From Octopus sinensis (lineage: Eukaryota), in the NCBI RefSeq assembly GCF_006345805.1, contig NW_021836090.1, forward strand, positions 1 through 37,374: a stretch of 37,374 nucleotides of DNA, written 5' to 3'. Under the pieces are notes generated by a model. It searched no databases and was not told where the DNA came from. It was given only the letters and a program-made list of their open reading frames with translations. The position numbers and the translations under genes are program-made. Each line of letters begins with the position of its first letter. Position 1 is the stretch's first letter. Shown here one piece after another: positions 36,130 through 37,374 of this stretch.

Positions 36130-37005
36130 GATTTTACAATCCCTATCCCAAATCATTATATCAAGTCTGTTGTGCTTACATTTTATTGAGGTCTTCACTG
36201 GGACATTCCACCAGTATTCCATTTTTATTATGAGTGGCTATGGCTTTTACCATGCTGTGGGTTCTTATTTTTTTGTCCTCGAGGTTATCCTTTCTACGGA
36301 TTTCATTATAGTGTCCTAGCTATAACATCACGTCTCCTCGGCAGATTACCGTGATGACATATTCGGACAACTGCTTATGATGTGGGTGACATCTTCGGTA
36401 TTAACTCCACAAAGTCTGCATCAGTTGTCACATTTTACTGCTTTTCCAGCATCTCTGTCCCCTTTATGTATCAGGTACTTGGTTAATGTTTCCTGTTCCT
36501 GGATTGCAAACGCATACCCTTGAAAGGGGGAGGTAGTAATCCGGCTATTGGTCCACGTTAGACTGCTTTGATGATCAATGTTACTATCATCATGGAGCTT
36601 TCTACTAACATATCCATGCATAGTCTTCTGCTCATATAGGCTCATCCTTTCATCTCATGATACGTTGCAGTACAGTCGTGCGACTTCTTTGGGCATGTAT
36701 TCTAGATTATCAGACAAGGAATGATGTCTTATTATGTTATCAGCCCCATGTATGTAAACTTGGTCAAGGGACGAACTTGGTGGTTAAAAGATGCTGCCGA
36801 AAGGATATGATACGATATTCAAAGGCAGTTTGGATCGATGTCAAGCGTTTGCCGCCTTGTTTTCGATTTAAGTAGAGGCGGTCTACGTCACTGATTATGT
36901 GTAAATTATGTGTGTTTGTTAGTATTTTCGGGCTATCACATCAAATGCTCGCATCTCATCAAGCATCTAAGCAAACAGCCTAAATGTTGGTATCAGTACT
37001 GGCTT
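36130..37005 (-). mobile_element. Decayed R4/Dong-like non-LTR retrotransposon fragment (post-RT, CCHC, RLE start)
   Basis: Minus translation with stops/frameshifts: SDVDRLYLNRKQGGKRL, KTMHG, FAIQEQETLTK, CRLC..EDVTHIISSC, R(H>R)DVIA, EYWWNVPV..KHNRLDIMIWDR; motif order typical of RLE-type (R4/Dong) elements. Confidence 0.85.
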
Positions 37006-37027
37006 ATGTATGTATGCATGCAAGTGT

Positions 37028-37105
37028 CTTCTACTATAAGCCTCGGGCCCCAAGCCTTGTGAGTGGATTTGGTAGACGGAAACTGAAAGAAGCGCGTCGT
37101 ATATA
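37028..37105 (+). mobile_element. Family-A SINE central fragment running into microsatellite
   Basis: CTTCTACTATAAGCCTCGGGCC..GTGAGTGGATTTGGTAGACGGAAACTGAAAGAAG. Confidence 0.8.
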
Positions 37106-37209
37106 TATATATATATATATATGTTGTGTGTGTGTGTGTGTGTGTGTTATATATATATATTGTTTTGTGTGTGTGTGGTGTTTATATATATTATATATAT
37201 ATACACATA

Positions 37210-37245
<36 letters not shown>

Positions 37246-37374
37246 TGTATGTATGTATGTATAGGGAGAGTTTACGAAAATAACAAAAGACGAAGACAGG
37301 TGGTGTACAAAACAAACAGATGTATTAGTATAACGCTCAGGAATAGAAAAAGTCTTTTACGTTACGAGCCTACG

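Overview
Eukaryotic, repeat-saturated, gene-poor DNA. The repeat families resemble those I recall from octopus/coleoid cephalopod genomes (inference, not a database result). No complete host gene is recognisable, and almost all ORFs in the supplied track are translations of microsatellites. Supported content: (i) very long micro/minisatellites; (ii) at least three tRNA-headed SINE families: A with a CORE-like segment and internal microsatellite, B with a Deu/Nin-like core and two alternative tails, C with a tRNA-Arg-like head; (iii) three independent head-to-tail arrays of family B1 (10, 3 and 4 units) sharing one junction; (iv) a Penelope-like GIY-YIG endonuclease fragment and four hammerhead-ribozyme-like motifs of different architecture; (v) an internally deleted DD34D mariner with both TIRs; (vi) a decayed R4/Dong-like non-LTR fragment; (vii) a HINE/DINE-1-like element; (viii) a CpG-decayed tRNA-Gly(GCC); (ix) a TIR-bounded element enclosing a tRNA-like sequence; (x) two weak candidate minus-strand exons. 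Region 13.3-16.0 kb looks like low-quality consensus. Many interspersed-repeat boundaries are approximate (about +/-10 bp).
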